From NCBI GenBank assembly GCA_021817825.1, contig JAKAFS010000006.1, forward strand, positions 1,596-65,595: a stretch of DNA of 64,000 bases. Reading direction: 5' to 3'. Below, in pieces: positions 47,678-57,411 of this stretch. The position numbers and the translations under genes were made by a program. The stretch is from Deltaproteobacteria bacterium. GTDB taxonomy: Bacteria; Desulfobacterota; Syntrophia; Syntrophales; UBA5619. Position 1 is the stretch's first letter, and each line of letters opens with the position of its first letter. A model generated the notes under the pieces. That model had not been told where the DNA came from, did not search any database, and saw only the letters and a list, made by a program, of their open reading frames with translations.

Positions 47678-49315
47678 ATGACTCAGATGACTGGCGGTAA
47701 AGCAATCGTTAAATCGTTGATACTGAACGGTATCGATACTCTGTTTTGCATCCCGGGAAAGGAACTGGACCAATTCTTCGTCGCCCTTTACGACGAGCGC
47801 GAGGCCATCCGGGTGATCGCGAACCGCCATGAACAGGGCTGCGGCTACATGGCCTTCGGTTACGCCCAGTCCACAGGCAGGGTCGGGGCCTACGCCGTGG
47901 TTCCGGGTCCGGGCTTCCTCAACGCCTCGGCTGCCCTTTGCACGGCCTATGCAGGCAACGCGCCGGTGCTTTGCGTGACCGGCCAGGTTCCCTCGAAGCA
48001 GATCGGCCGCGGGGCCGGCGCCCATCACGAGATCAACGACCAGTTGGGGATCATGCGCAACCTGACCAAGTTCGCGACGCGCATCGAACACCCGGCCCTG
48101 GCGCCCGAGGCGGTGGAGCAGGCCTTCCGCGCCCTTTCCAGCGGCCGCCGAAAGCCGGCCGGAATCGAAATGGCGCCGGACATTCTGGCGATGTCGGCGC
48201 CGGTGACGTTGCGCGCCCCCGTGCCGGCTCCCGCGCCGGTCGAACCGGACCCCGAGTTGGTCGACCAGGCCGCTGCCCTGCTGGGAGAGGCCCAGAATCC
48301 GATCATTGTCGCCGGCGGGGGCATCTTCGGCGCCGAGGAGGCGCTGTTGGCCGTGGCCGAAACGGTACAGGCGCCGGTGTCGATGTCGCGGAACGCCAAG
48401 GGAGCGGTCAGCTTCCGCCACTATCTCGGCGTGCCCGAAACGGTCGGCCACAAGCTCTGGCCCGACGTCGATGTGGTCCTGGCGGTCGGCACCCGGCTCG
48501 ATGATCAGTACAAGCGTTGGGGCATCGGCAAGGAGGTCAAGGTGATCCGTGTCGACGTCGATCCGGCGGAGCTGGAACGGAACGGAAAGCCGGCGGTAGG
48601 CCTGCTGGCGGATGCCAAATTGACGCTGGTCGCTCTGGCGAACGCTTTGGGACGTCATAACCGCAAGCGGCCGTCGCGTAAAGAAGCGTTGGAAGGTCTG
48701 AAGGTCCAACTGCAAAAGGAATACGATCACCTATCCCCCCAAATCGACTACATCAAGGTGATTCGCGCGGAACTTCCCGACGACGGCATCTTCGTCGGCG
48801 AGGCCACCCAGATCGCCTACGCCGCCCGCGTGGCCATGCCCTTCTACCTGCCGCGCACCTTCATCACCCCCGGTTATCAGGGAACGCTCGGTTATGGCTT
48901 CACGACCGCCCTGGGCGCCAAGGTGGGCAATCCCGACAAACAGGTCATCTCGATCACCGGCGACGGCGGCTTCCTGTTCGGCGCCTCGGAACTGGCAACG
49001 GCTGTGCAGCATCGGATCGCGACGGTCACCTTGGTCTTCAACAACAATGCCTACGGGAACGTCAAGCGTGAGCAGATTGAAAAATACGGCGGGAGAGTGA
49101 TCGCCACGGACCTGAAGAATCCTGATTTCGTCAAACTCGCCGAGGCTTACGGGGCGCAGGGGCTCCGTGCGGAAACGCCGGAAGCCTTGGCAAAAGCCAT
49201 TCGGCGGGGATTCGACCACGACGGTCCGACGATCATCGAGATCCCGGTTCCCGACGATATGCCCAGCCCCTGGCATCTCATCGACATGCCGAAGGCCGGC
49301 AAGGGCAAACATTGA
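47678..49315 (+). CDS. Thiamine-diphosphate-dependent enzyme (acetolactate synthase-like family)
   Basis: RHEQGCGYMA, PGPGFLN, ITGDGGFLF...VFNNNAYG ThDP motif. Confidence 0.92.
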   Translation: MTQMTGGKAIVKSLILNGIDTLFCIPGKELDQFFVALYDEREAIRVIANRHEQGCGYMAFGYAQSTGRVGAYAVVPGPGFLNASAALCTAYAGNAPVLCVTGQVPSKQIGRGAGAHHEINDQLGIMRNLTKFATRIEHPALAPEAVEQAFRALSSGRRKPAGIEMAPDILAMSAPVTLRAPVPAPAPVEPDPELVDQAAALLGEAQNPIIVAGGGIFGAEEALLAVAETVQAPVSMSRNAKGAVSFRHYLGVPETVGHKLWPDVDVVLAVGTRLDDQYKRWGIGKEVKVIRVDVDPAELERNGKPAVGLLADAKLTLVALANALGRHNRKRPSRKEALEGLKVQLQKEYDHLSPQIDYIKVIRAELPDDGIFVGEATQIAYAARVAMPFYLPRTFITPGYQGTLGYGFTTALGAKVGNPDKQVISITGDGGFLFGASELATAVQHRIATVTLVFNNNAYGNVKREQIEKYGGRVIATDLKNPDFVKLAEAYGAQGLRAETPEALAKAIRRGFDHDGPTIIEIPVPDDMPSPWHLIDMPKAGKGKH

Positions 49316-49343
49316 TCCAAAAATCGAAAGGAGATTGAAAACA

Positions 49344-50204
49344 ATGAAGACGAAGATTGTTGACATCCATCCCCATATCGTTTCTACCGATACGGAACGA
49401 TACCCGATCACTCCCCTGGAGGGAAAGCAGTCGGAATGGTCCAAAAAACGGTCCGTAACCTTTGAAGAGATGATCGCCGCCATGGACGACGCAGGTGTGG
49501 ACAAGTCCGCCCTGGTTCATTCGTCAACGACCTACGGCTATGACTGCTCCTATGTGGCCGACAGCATCGCCAAATTCCCCCAGCGGGTCACGGGGATTGC
49601 GTCGCCGAACATGATGGCCGACGATGCCGTCGAAAAGATCCGCTATTGGGTGAAGGAAAGAAATTTCGCCGGCCTGCGGTTGTATACGGCGGGGGGAACC
49701 CATGAAAAGCAGTCGGGTTGGATGGCGGATCCCAAGATTTTCCCCGGCCTGGAATATGCGCAGGAGCTCGGGCTCGCGGTCTGTGTTTCTTTGAAACCGG
49801 CAGGCATCCCACAGCTGTTGGTGATTATCAAGAAATTCCCCAAGATACGCTTCGTCATCGACCATATGATGGAGCCGCCCATCGCCGAGGGGATGCCCTA
49901 TGCGGGGTCGGAGTTCCTGTTCGATTTGGCGCAATACGGGAACGTGGTTCTCAAGATGACCACCCTCAACATCCGGGCCTCCCGCAAAGAGAAAGGATCT
50001 CCCGAGACCTTCTTCCCCCTGCTGGTGAAGAAGTTTGGCGCGTCCCGGATCGCCTGGGGTTCAAACTATCCCTCGGCGCAGGGGTCCCTGAAAGAGATGG
50101 TGGAAGAGGCGAAGGCGGCTCTGGCCTGTCTGTCGGAGCAGGATCGGGAATGGATCTTTGCCCGGACGGCTCAGTCGCTCTATCCCGCCCTGGCGGACAA
50201 ATGA
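49344..50204 (+). CDS. Amidohydrolase_2 family metallo-hydrolase/decarboxylase
   Basis: VDIHPH, MDDAGVDK, FVIDHM, RIAWGSNYP; AAGGAG RBS. Confidence 0.88.
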   Translation: MKTKIVDIHPHIVSTDTERYPITPLEGKQSEWSKKRSVTFEEMIAAMDDAGVDKSALVHSSTTYGYDCSYVADSIAKFPQRVTGIASPNMMADDAVEKIRYWVKERNFAGLRLYTAGGTHEKQSGWMADPKIFPGLEYAQELGLAVCVSLKPAGIPQLLVIIKKFPKIRFVIDHMMEPPIAEGMPYAGSEFLFDLAQYGNVVLKMTTLNIRASRKEKGSPETFFPLLVKKFGASRIAWGSNYPSAQGSLKEMVEEAKAALACLSEQDREWIFARTAQSLYPALADK

Positions 50205-50308
50205 TCCGTAGTGCAGATGCATGTCCTCAGGGATATCCTTTCCGGTATCCCTGAGGGCCACGGAAACAGAACTGCTGGATACAGAAGACAAGGATAGGCG
50301 GATTAGAT

Positions 50309-51268
50309 ATGACATCTTTGATTTTTCGCAGATTGATTCAATCCATCATGGTTGTTTTCCTGGTCAGCATCATGGTGTTTTTCGTGATGCGCTTTTTACC
50401 CGGCGATCCGGTGCTGGTCTATGTCAGTCAGAACGAGGTGAGCTTCGCCACGCCGGAACGGATCGCAGAAATCAGACACAAGTTCGGGCTCGATAAACCC
50501 GTTATCGTGCAATATCTCTACTGGTTGGGCGATATTGTCCGCGGCAATTTGGGCCATTCGATCATCAACAACACGACGGTGAACGAGGAGATCGGCCGGG
50601 CCCTGCCGAAGACCATGTTTCTGGGATCTTGCTCCTTCACCCTCTCCATCCTCTTGGGAATTCCCTTAGGGATTATCGCCGCGATCCGGCGCGGCAAATG
50701 GGCCGATACCTTCTGCACCTTGGTTGCCAACCTGGGAGTCACCGCCCCCGTCTTTTGGGTCGGCATCGTGTTGATCCTGATCTTCGGCTATTACCTGAAA
50801 TGGCTGCCCATCTCGGGCTGGGTTTCTCCCACTGAAAACTTCGGGCAGAGTCTCCTCCACATCATCATGCCGGTCCTCTGTCTCACGGTTTATCCGATGG
50901 CGGCCGTCGCCCGCCAGACCCGCTCCTCGATGCTGGAGGTGATCCGCCAGGATTACATCCGGACGGCCTGGGCCAAGGGCTTGAACGAACGGCAAGTCAT
51001 CCTGAAGCATGCCGTCCGCAACGCCCTGATTCCCGTGATCACCTTGATCGGGATCAATATCCGCCAGATTTTCGGCGGCGCGGTGCTCATCGAAACGGTT
51101 TTCAGCATCTACGGCATGGGAAAGTTATCGGTCGACGCCCTGTTCAGCTCTGATTATGCGATCGTTCAGGGCGTGATCCTGGTGATCGGGGTTGTGGTGG
51201 TGTTCAGCAATCTGATTGTTGATCTATCTTACGGCTGGATTGATCCTCGGATACGATACGACGATTAA
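50309..51268 (+). CDS. Peptide/nickel-type ABC transporter permease (DppB-like)
   Basis: LPGDPV, FGLDKP, TRSSMLEVIRQDYIRTAWAKGL, IDPRIRY. Confidence 0.94.
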   Translation: MTSLIFRRLIQSIMVVFLVSIMVFFVMRFLPGDPVLVYVSQNEVSFATPERIAEIRHKFGLDKPVIVQYLYWLGDIVRGNLGHSIINNTTVNEEIGRALPKTMFLGSCSFTLSILLGIPLGIIAAIRRGKWADTFCTLVANLGVTAPVFWVGIVLILIFGYYLKWLPISGWVSPTENFGQSLLHIIMPVLCLTVYPMAAVARQTRSSMLEVIRQDYIRTAWAKGLNERQVILKHAVRNALIPVITLIGINIRQIFGGAVLIETVFSIYGMGKLSVDALFSSDYAIVQGVILVIGVVVVFSNLIVDLSYGWIDPRIRYDD

Positions 51269-51278
51269 GGAGAATGGA

Positions 51279-52181
51279 ATGATGGCAGCGGTAAACGGAA
51301 CCACCTTGGAACAATTTGAAGAAGCACCCCCCCGCGTAAGCGATTTGAGGCGTTTTCTCCGCGTCTTTCTGGGACGGAAGATCGTCGTGTTCGGGATGAT
51401 CGTCATCGGCATGTTGCTGCTCACCGCTCTTTTTGCACCCTGGCTGGCGCCCTATGATCCGAATGAGCCTTCGCTGACAAACACCTTAGCCCCCCCCAGC
51501 AGCGCCCATCTTCTGGGGACGGATTCTCTGGGCAGAGACACCCTGAGTCGCATCATTTACGGCTCCCGGCTGGCGCTGGCCGTGGGCTTTATCGCCGTCA
51601 GCATCGCTGCGCTCATCGGCATGACGCTGGGGTTGCTGGCCGGGTTCTACGGTAAATTTGTCAACGCGATCATCATGCGATCGATGGATGCCATCATGTC
51701 CGTTCCCATGATTCTGCTCGCGGTCACCATTTCGGCGCTGCTGGGCGGCGGCTTGAAGAATGTGCTGATCGCCCTGGGGATCGCGCTGATCCCTCCCTAT
51801 GCCAGGCAGATGTGCAGCCAGGTCCTGACGGTGAAGCAAAACGACTATATCACCGCCGCCCGGGCCGGCGGAGCCAGCGACCTGCGGATCATGCTGGCCC
51901 ATATGCTGCCTAACTGCTTTCCCCCCTTGATTGTCCTGATGACCATGCAAATCGGTACGGCCATCCTTTCCGAGGCCAGCCTCAGCTTCCTGGGAATCGG
52001 CATCAAGCCGCCGGACGCGGCCTGGGGTTCCATGGTCAGCGAGGGCTACCAGAACATGCTGCGGGCTCCCGTCCTTTCCATTGCGCCCGGCATTGCCATC
52101 ATGCTGGTGGTCTTTGCCTTCAACATGGTGGGCGATGGGTTGAGAGATGCACTCGATCCCAAGCTGCGGGGAACATTATAG
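51279..52181 (+). CDS. Peptide/nickel-type ABC transporter permease (DppC-like)
   Basis: HLLGTDSLGRDTLSRIIYG, EASLSFLGIG, GDGLRDALDP. Confidence 0.94.
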   Translation: MMAAVNGTTLEQFEEAPPRVSDLRRFLRVFLGRKIVVFGMIVIGMLLLTALFAPWLAPYDPNEPSLTNTLAPPSSAHLLGTDSLGRDTLSRIIYGSRLALAVGFIAVSIAALIGMTLGLLAGFYGKFVNAIIMRSMDAIMSVPMILLAVTISALLGGGLKNVLIALGIALIPPYARQMCSQVLTVKQNDYITAARAGGASDLRIMLAHMLPNCFPPLIVLMTMQIGTAILSEASLSFLGIGIKPPDAAWGSMVSEGYQNMLRAPVLSIAPGIAIMLVVFAFNMVGDGLRDALDPKLRGTL

Positions 52182-52218
52182 GATCGGTACTCATTAAAGT
52201 CGGGCCAAGGGAGAGATT

Positions 52219-53226
52219 ATGGGAGTCCTACTGGAAGTTAAAAATTTACAGACACAATTTAAAACGGAAGCCGGGTTGGTGAAGGCGGTTGACGGCGTTT
52301 CCTATCATATCAATGAACATGAAATTGTGGGCATGGTCGGGGAAAGCGGATGCGGCAAATCGGTCAGCCAGCTGTCCGTCATGCAGCTCATCGCCTCTCC
52401 GCCCGGGAAAATTGCCGGCGGCGAAGTCTGGTTCGAAGGAAAGGACTTGCTGAAGTACGCCGCTCATGGTGCGGAGATGAACCATATCCGGGGATCGAAG
52501 ATATCCATGATTTTTCAGGAGCCGATGACCTCACTGAATCCCGTGCTGAGCGTCAATCAACAGCTTTCCGAGTCCATGCAGATGCATCTGGGCCTCAGCA
52601 AAGAGGATGCCCGGAAAAGAGCCATCGAGCTGCTGAAAATGGTCGGCATCCCGGCCGCCGAAAGCCGAATTGATGATTACCCCCATCAGTTCAGCGGCGG
52701 TATGCGGCAGCGGGTGATGATCGCCATGGGGCTGTCCTGTAATCCCCGGCTCATCATTGCCGATGAACCGACCACGGCCTTGGATGTCACGATCCAGGCC
52801 CTCTTGCTGGAACTGATGAAAGATCTGGTTACCCGGTTCAATACTTCGCTGGTGCTGGTGACTCATAACCTGGGCGTGGTCGCCCGGTATGCCCAACGGA
52901 TTTATGTCATGTATGCCGGCCGGATCGTGGAGTCCGGCACCACCAAGGAGATCTTTGCCCATCCCCGGCACCCCTATACCGTCGGGCTCTTGAAATGCGT
53001 GCCCCGTCTGGATGAACCCAGGAATCGAAAGCTGGTCCCCATCGAGGGCTTGCCCCCCAACCTGGTCAGGATGCCGCCCACCTGCGCCTTTTTGCCCAGG
53101 TGTCCTTATCATACTGAACAGTGCAAGCAGGAGCCCTGGCCGTCGTTGACAACCGTCCGGGATGAACATCAGGCCGCCTGTTTCGTGAATTTGGAGGAAA
53201 AAAACCTTGGAATCAACGCAAAATAA
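52219..53226 (+). CDS. ABC transporter ATP-binding protein (DppD-like)
   Basis: [41 protein letters not shown]-terminal Cys cluster. Confidence 0.95.
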   Translation: MGVLLEVKNLQTQFKTEAGLVKAVDGVSYHINEHEIVGMVGESGCGKSVSQLSVMQLIASPPGKIAGGEVWFEGKDLLKYAAHGAEMNHIRGSKISMIFQEPMTSLNPVLSVNQQLSESMQMHLGLSKEDARKRAIELLKMVGIPAAESRIDDYPHQFSGGMRQRVMIAMGLSCNPRLIIADEPTTALDVTIQALLLELMKDLVTRFNTSLVLVTHNLGVVARYAQRIYVMYAGRIVESGTTKEIFAHPRHPYTVGLLKCVPRLDEPRNRKLVPIEGLPPNLVRMPPTCAFLPRCPYHTEQCKQEPWPSLTTVRDEHQAACFVNLEEKNLGINAK

Positions 53227-54202
53227 TCCCCTGTTGGATGTGAGACATCTGAAACTGTATTTCCCGGTGACCAGGGGAATATTGAGAAGGCAAGTGGCTG
53301 AGGTCAAGGCGGTGGACGATGTCAGCTTCAAGGTTGATGCCGGCGAGACCATGGGACTGGTAGGCGAAAGCGGTTGCGGAAAAACCACGGTCGGACGCGG
53401 CATCTTAAGGCTTTGCGAACCCACCGCCGGCGAGGTTTTTTTCGAAGGGCAGGATATCCGCAAAATATCAAAGGATAAAATGCGCCAGCTGCGCCGCAAG
53501 ATGTCCTTGATCTTTCAGGATCCCTATGGCTCGCTTGATCCCCGGCAAAGCGCGGGAAGCATTGTCGGCGAGTTGTTGACGATTCACCATATGATCAACA
53601 ACAAGTCGGAATATGAGGACCGGATTGCGCAGCTCTTTCGTCGCGTCGGCCTGGATCCGGCGATGACCACGCGGGTCCCCCATGAATTCAGCGGCGGGCA
53701 AAGACAGCGCCTCGGCATCGCCCGGGCGCTGGCCTGCGAACCTTCCTTGATCATCTGCGACGAGCCGATTTCCGCCCTGGACGTTTCCATTCAAGCTCAG
53801 ATCATCAACCTGCTACAGGAATTGCAGCAGGGCATCAAAGGCCTGTCTTACCTTTTCATCGCCCACGATCTTTCGGTGGTGAAACATATCAGCGACCGGA
53901 TCGCCGTAATGTACCTGGGCCATATTGTCGAAATAACGGATTCCGATTCCCTCTATCAAAACCCCCTCCATCCTTACACCAGGGCTCTGTTGTCGGCGGT
54001 CCCCATCGCCGATCCTTTCGTCGAAGAAAACCGGGAGCACATCCTTCTCAAGGGGGAAGTTCCCAGCCCGCTGAACCCGCCTTCGGGCTGCACTTTTCAT
54101 CCGCGCTGTACCGAGGCGATCCCGGAATGCAGCAAAGTGGCCCCGCAACTCGTAGAAGTCGGCAACCGCCATCAGGTCGCTTGCATCCGCGTTAAAGTTT
54201 AA
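53207..54202 (+). CDS. ABC transporter ATP-binding protein (DppF-like)
   Basis: GESGCGKT, PHEFSGGQRQR, CDEPISALD, PPSGCTFHPRC. Confidence 0.95.
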   Translation: MESTQNNPLLDVRHLKLYFPVTRGILRRQVAEVKAVDDVSFKVDAGETMGLVGESGCGKTTVGRGILRLCEPTAGEVFFEGQDIRKISKDKMRQLRRKMSLIFQDPYGSLDPRQSAGSIVGELLTIHHMINNKSEYEDRIAQLFRRVGLDPAMTTRVPHEFSGGQRQRLGIARALACEPSLIICDEPISALDVSIQAQIINLLQELQQGIKGLSYLFIAHDLSVVKHISDRIAVMYLGHIVEITDSDSLYQNPLHPYTRALLSAVPIADPFVEENREHILLKGEVPSPLNPPSGCTFHPRCTEAIPECSKVAPQLVEVGNRHQVACIRVKV

Positions 54203-54398
54203 AAAAAGACTTTACTAATAGATTGAAATGCGCCAGGCAAATAAAATCTTTCTTATGTCCAAAAGGGAAACTCCCTTGGCAGGAGCCAGGGGCATCTTTG
54301 GGCTGCAAGCGAAGCTTGCTTGAGCCCTCCGGCCTGCCGCCACATCTCCGGACGAGGGTCAGGAGTTTTATGCGGCCGAATAAAAAGGAGGAGAGAGT

Positions 54399-55958
54399 AT
54401 GAAAAGATGGTTTATTGCATGCGTAGTCGCTCTATCAATGGTCTTTCTGCTGAGCCCTTGCACCCCTCAGGCGGCCAGCCCGGCCGCTAAACAGGATGCC
54501 GTAAAATCTTCCAAGGACGGCGGGGTCATGACCATCCTCATCACCCGGCCGGCCACCCGCTTCGGTTATCCGCCCGCGATTGCCGGTCCCGATAGAGACT
54601 ATGCGCCGCCTTTTTTTAACCGGCTGCTGTACATCGGAGATGATGGCAAGTACAAACCGGAATTGGCGCTGAGCTGGAATGTCTCTGCGGATGGGAAGGC
54701 CATCACCTTCAAACTCCGACAGGGCGTCAAATTCCATGACGGCACCGATTTCAACGCCGCGGCGGTCAAGTTCAACTTCGATAAACTCATTGCCCCCAAT
54801 CCCATTATTATCGACGGCATCGCTTCCGTCGATATCGTCGACAGCTACACGGTGAGGGTCAGTCTCACCAACTACAACAACCTCATTCTCTATCAAATCG
54901 CTTCCAGCTACGCCTGCTACATGTATTCCCCGACGGCGTTGCAAAAGAACGGTCCCGATTGGGCCAATACCCATCCGGTGGGAACCGGTCCTTTCATGCT
55001 GAAGGAATTTCAGCCGACCACTTCCATGACCTATGCGAAGAATCCCAATTATTGGGATAAGGGATTGCCCCATCTGGACCAGATCAGAATCGCTTCAATC
55101 CAGAATCCCATGACCCAGTTGGTCACTTTCAAGGCCGGCCAGGCCAATGCCATTTATGATGCCGTCCCCACCACGGCCGCTCAATTGAGGGATGCCGGGT
55201 TCAAGTTGCTGAACGCGCCGGGAGCGCTTTATACCCTCTCGTTCGACGCCAAGAACTCTGAAGCGTTCGGCAAAGTCAAAGTCCGTCAGGCGATTGAATA
55301 CGCCGTTGACAAAGAAGCGATCTGCAATGGCCCCGGCCTCGGTTTGTACAAACCCATCTACCAGATCGTCACCAGCAATTCTCCCGACTACAACAAGTCC
55401 CTGACGCCGCGCAAATACAATCCCGAAATGGCCAAGAAATTGCTGGCCGAGGCGGGATATCCGAACGGGTTCAGCTTCCGGGGCTTCTTTCAGGACAACA
55501 CCTGGAAAGACGGCGTCGTCGCCGTACAGAGCTACCTGGCCAAAGTCGGCATCAAAATGGAGATTATCTATATCAACTCCGCCGCCTATTCCGCGATTCG
55601 GGCGCTCGGCAAAATCGAGAAGGGGGCTGCCGCCCAGGCAACCATGAACGTCTTTTCCAACAACCTTTTCCTGATGGATTTTTATTTCCGGTCCGACTCG
55701 GCAATTTTTCAGTATATGACCAGACCGGCGGGCAGCGACAAGCTGATCGACCAGGCCAAATTGGCCAAAGATCAGGCCTCGGCGACCAAGATCAACCAGC
55801 AGATTGCCAAGTTGGTTTATGATGATGCGACCGTGGTGCCGCTCTGGTTGAATCCCCGGATTGTCGTCCTCGACAAAACCGTGCAGGATCCCGGTTGGTT
55901 CCTCAACGACGATTCCAACAACAACATGTTCGGATTCGAAACGTGGCTGAAGAAATAA
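54399..55958 (+). CDS. ABC transporter substrate-binding protein, family 5
   Basis: Signal peptide, FKLRQGVKFHDGTDFNAAAVKFN, PVGTGPF, AKKLLAEAGYPNG. Confidence 0.93.
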   Translation: MKRWFIACVVALSMVFLLSPCTPQAASPAAKQDAVKSSKDGGVMTILITRPATRFGYPPAIAGPDRDYAPPFFNRLLYIGDDGKYKPELALSWNVSADGKAITFKLRQGVKFHDGTDFNAAAVKFNFDKLIAPNPIIIDGIASVDIVDSYTVRVSLTNYNNLILYQIASSYACYMYSPTALQKNGPDWANTHPVGTGPFMLKEFQPTTSMTYAKNPNYWDKGLPHLDQIRIASIQNPMTQLVTFKAGQANAIYDAVPTTAAQLRDAGFKLLNAPGALYTLSFDAKNSEAFGKVKVRQAIEYAVDKEAICNGPGLGLYKPIYQIVTSNSPDYNKSLTPRKYNPEMAKKLLAEAGYPNGFSFRGFFQDNTWKDGVVAVQSYLAKVGIKMEIIYINSAAYSAIRALGKIEKGAAAQATMNVFSNNLFLMDFYFRSDSAIFQYMTRPAGSDKLIDQAKLAKDQASATKINQQIAKLVYDDATVVPLWLNPRIVVLDKTVQDPGWFLNDDSNNNMFGFETWLKK

Positions 55959-55968
55959 GGATTTTCTC

Positions 55969-57057
55969 TTGAACGACCGCCGACGGGGTCGACGGTCGTT
56001 CCTGCTTGGCTTGTTTAAGGAGTGCGGGGTCTTTGGACCCCGCACTCCACCCCTGGCGGTCTCGTTGGTCGCCGATTCAACCCACAAAGAAAGGTCGTAC
56101 CCCTTGGCAAATGGATTTTCCGCAAGTTCAATGCCTTTGCCTCCCAGCGAGGCGCTCCTGCCGCAAATCCCGGCCGATCCCTGGCTGAGAATCGATGCCG
56201 GAGATGTTTTTCTCAAAGGGATGGCCTTTGATCGCATGGATCAGCTGATTTTGATGGCCGCTTATCCTGGGGCGGTCAAAGGGATGGCCGGCCGGACCGA
56301 GAGAAGCATCTTGCGGGTCGCGCCCGGAAAAAAGATCACCACCGTCATTGCCCAGCACGGCGTCAGGATGGGAGGCTTGGCCATCCATAAAGACGGCAGG
56401 ATATTTATCGCCTGCCTCACCGGAGAGCTTCTGGTGATGAATCCCGACGGCAGCGACCTGCGGCCGATCACGGCAAGATGGAAGGGGAAGCCGGAACGAT
56501 TGAGCGATGTGGCCTTCGATTCCGCCGGGAATCTTTACGCCGCCGATTTTACAGGTCATACGGGAAATCCCACCGGGGGGATCTACCGCTGGTCCCCCGA
56601 TTGCCGTTCGGTGGAGCCCTTTATCGCAAATCTGACGACTCCCAACGGCATGGCTTTTACGGTTGATGAAAAATCGCTCTGGGTGGGTTGTTCCTTGGCC
56701 AACGAGATCTTTCACCTCACCCTACAGGAGCATTGCCAGTCGGTGCAAAAGGCCGCGGTATGGTATCGATTGACCGGACATGACGGAGCGGACGGCATTG
56801 CCGTCGATCTCCAGGGGAACATGTATCTGGCCGTGAATGATCATGGCCGGGTTCTGATCTTCAACAAGCAGGGAATCCCCATCGCCGGCGTGCTGATGCC
56901 CGGACGTGAGCGCGGCGAATTGCTCAGAACCACCAATGTGGTTTTCAAGCCCGGCACCGATGAGGTGTACGTCGCCGCATCGGGAGAGACCGGCGGCGCC
57001 TGGATTTACAAATTCCGGGGGCTGGCCGAGGGCGCGCCTCTTTTTTCCCATCAATAG
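55969..57057 (+). CDS. SMP-30/gluconolactonase (Drp35-like) beta-propeller protein
   Basis: LAIHKDGRIF, FDSAGNLY..DFTG, PNGMAF, ADGIAVD..GNMY; start unresolved (55969 to 56131). Confidence 0.85.
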   Translation: MNDRRRGRRSFLLGLFKECGVFGPRTPPLAVSLVADSTHKERSYPLANGFSASSMPLPPSEALLPQIPADPWLRIDAGDVFLKGMAFDRMDQLILMAAYPGAVKGMAGRTERSILRVAPGKKITTVIAQHGVRMGGLAIHKDGRIFIACLTGELLVMNPDGSDLRPITARWKGKPERLSDVAFDSAGNLYAADFTGHTGNPTGGIYRWSPDCRSVEPFIANLTTPNGMAFTVDEKSLWVGCSLANEIFHLTLQEHCQSVQKAAVWYRLTGHDGADGIAVDLQGNMYLAVNDHGRVLIFNKQGIPIAGVLMPGRERGELLRTTNVVFKPGTDEVYVAASGETGGAWIYKFRGLAEGAPLFSHQ

Positions 57058-57095
57058 GTATTGAAAAATCCGAGAACCTGCTTCCTGAGGATCTC

Positions 57096-57146
57096 TGTAA
57101 CATTATGCTAAAATAAATAAACGCTATCCTGAACAAAAATGAAACA
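57096..57146 (+). promoter_or_regulatory. Putative bEBP upstream activator sequence, copy 2
   Basis: 42/51 identical to 37675-37725; starts 127 bp before a sigma-54 site (126 bp for copy 1). Confidence 0.75.
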
Positions 57147-57222
57147 GGTGCGCCGGGTCTTCAGGTTTTCGAACCGCACATGATTCCCGGTTTGCAAGCC
57201 TTCAGGGGCGACGCCGTCGTCC

Positions 57223-57238
57223 TGGCACCTGTCTTGCT
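57223..57238 (+). promoter_or_regulatory. Sigma-54 promoter for the dehydrogenase-tctCAB-AOR operon
   Basis: TGGCACCTGTCTTGCT, consensus match and 15/16 identical to 37801-37816. Confidence 0.9.
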
Positions 57239-57411
57239 TCGGTGGCAAGCCAGACAAATGCGGCCAATGATGAAAAAAGGAAATGGATTCACATGTAAAT
57301 ACCCCGCGGTGAAAGGGTAATGTAGTTGATTTTGTAATATTAACCGGTACAAAGCGCTTGACAATATCTTAATCTTTGATACGAAAACAAACAAGAAGAG
57401 GAGCACCATTC

